Positions 62,925 through 64,000 of a stretch of 64,000 nt of DNA are shown in pieces. A program made the position numbers and the translations under genes. The notes under the pieces were generated by a model. That model saw nothing but the letters and a program-made list of their open reading frames with translations, did no database searches and was not told where the DNA came from. This stretch comes from Convolutriloba macropyga (Eukaryota), in contig NC_134471.1 in the NCBI RefSeq assembly GCF_964194025.1, positions 81,406,001 through 81,470,000 of the forward strand, given 5' to 3'. Positions within the stretch are counted from its first letter, which is position 1; every line of letters starts with the position of its first letter.

Positions 62925-64000
62925 AGCTCCTGCTTGCTTTCGCGATCGTTTGCGTTCTTCTCCCGAATGATGAGTTTTGTTGTGTTTGAATGTACTCAAC
63001 CGTATCAGTTTTTATTAGCATTAACTAACGTGTCTTTTCATGTAGAACATTTTGACCTAACGTATACGTGCAACGGTGGACGCACCAGGTCAGTAACAAG
63101 CTACAACATATCTACGTAAATTTTTGCTGAAGATGATCTGAGCTCCGTGGTTCACTTCGTTCGCTAATTTCAAAATTCAATAGAACTTATGTTTCATGCT
63201 CAGCAACTACTTTTTTCCAGTCATGAAAACTTGTCCAACTTACCTTGCCGGTACCTTTTCTTACCCTGAGGAGGTAGAAATCTTGATTTTATTTCTTAAT
63301 TTTTTCCTTCGTAATGATTTTCTTTAAAAGATATGGAAGTCTTCCTATTCCTTCTGGTAAGATATTTGTCAGCTTTAATACCTTGAAATTGAAAAATAAC
63401 CAGTTTGCACCCTTTGAATTTTGGATAGTTGTGAATCGGTTGATTAAATTAGTTTTAATTAGTCTGGACATTATTTAGTTTTGATAGAAGAATTACTTTA
63501 GGATGGTTGAATTTATTCAATATGTTTCTGGCTATAAATTTTTCGGTTGGTGGTAATACTTTTATTGATTTTTAACTCAATTATACAGGAGGTTTTCAAA
63601 CAGTCGAACGAGAATGTTCAACTTTGAAGATTGTCCACCCTTGTAAGTTTGAACAGCTTCAAGTTTTCAAATAAACATTGATGTCATGCGATTGGTGATA
63701 AAAGTTAAGGCCAAAAAGCCAGTTTCAATAGTTTGCCAAAACGTATTCAATTAAAAAAATGCGGCAGACTTGAGATCAATTTTTCTGTCCTGCTACCTGG
63801 TGGTTGGAAAGCGAAAATTCTCCATACAAATAACGCATTTGTATGCAAAAATTTTGCTTGAAGTTTTACTTTTCAACTGACCTCTTCGGACTTAAGTTTC
63901 TAAGATGGATTCCTAGACTTGATCGGTTTAAAGTTCACAGCACAGTTTAGATTCTAGAATTGGGAATGCGCTTCACAAAAACGCAGCTTTTGTTTACGTG

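Overview
AT-rich, repeat-dense animal (probably invertebrate) genomic scaffold with three N gaps; not prokaryotic and no CRISPR. I could assemble four kinds of host gene by reading splice sites and checking phase. (1) Three consecutive exons of a divergent TRPC-type channel gene on the minus strand (7774 to 2301), continuing off the left end. (2) An intronless RING-less TRIM-like B-box/coiled-coil gene (minus, 12981 to 11284). (3) A six-exon, ~308-aa secreted Cys-containing protein of no family I recognise (minus, 57337 to 20842). (4) A class A GPCR locus nested antisense in intron 4 of that gene. The GPCR locus has three tandem 5' exons encoding TM1-5 (35676, 37829, 41592), each ending at a phase-1 GT donor at an equivalent ICL3 position, but only one downstream phase-compatible exon encoding TM6-7 (43920-44545). 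This suggests a variable-exon/constant-exon GPCR architecture like clustered protocadherins or UGT1A, and is the best candidate for a novel system here. Mobile DNA includes a Gag-only LTR element with very long LTRs, intact termini and a 5-bp TSD (21270-28717), a frameshifted CRE-like RLE retrotransposon, LINE RT fragments, and several MITE/foldback families. Three of those families carry internal tRNA-like cassettes, and one also holds a 37-bp minisatellite.
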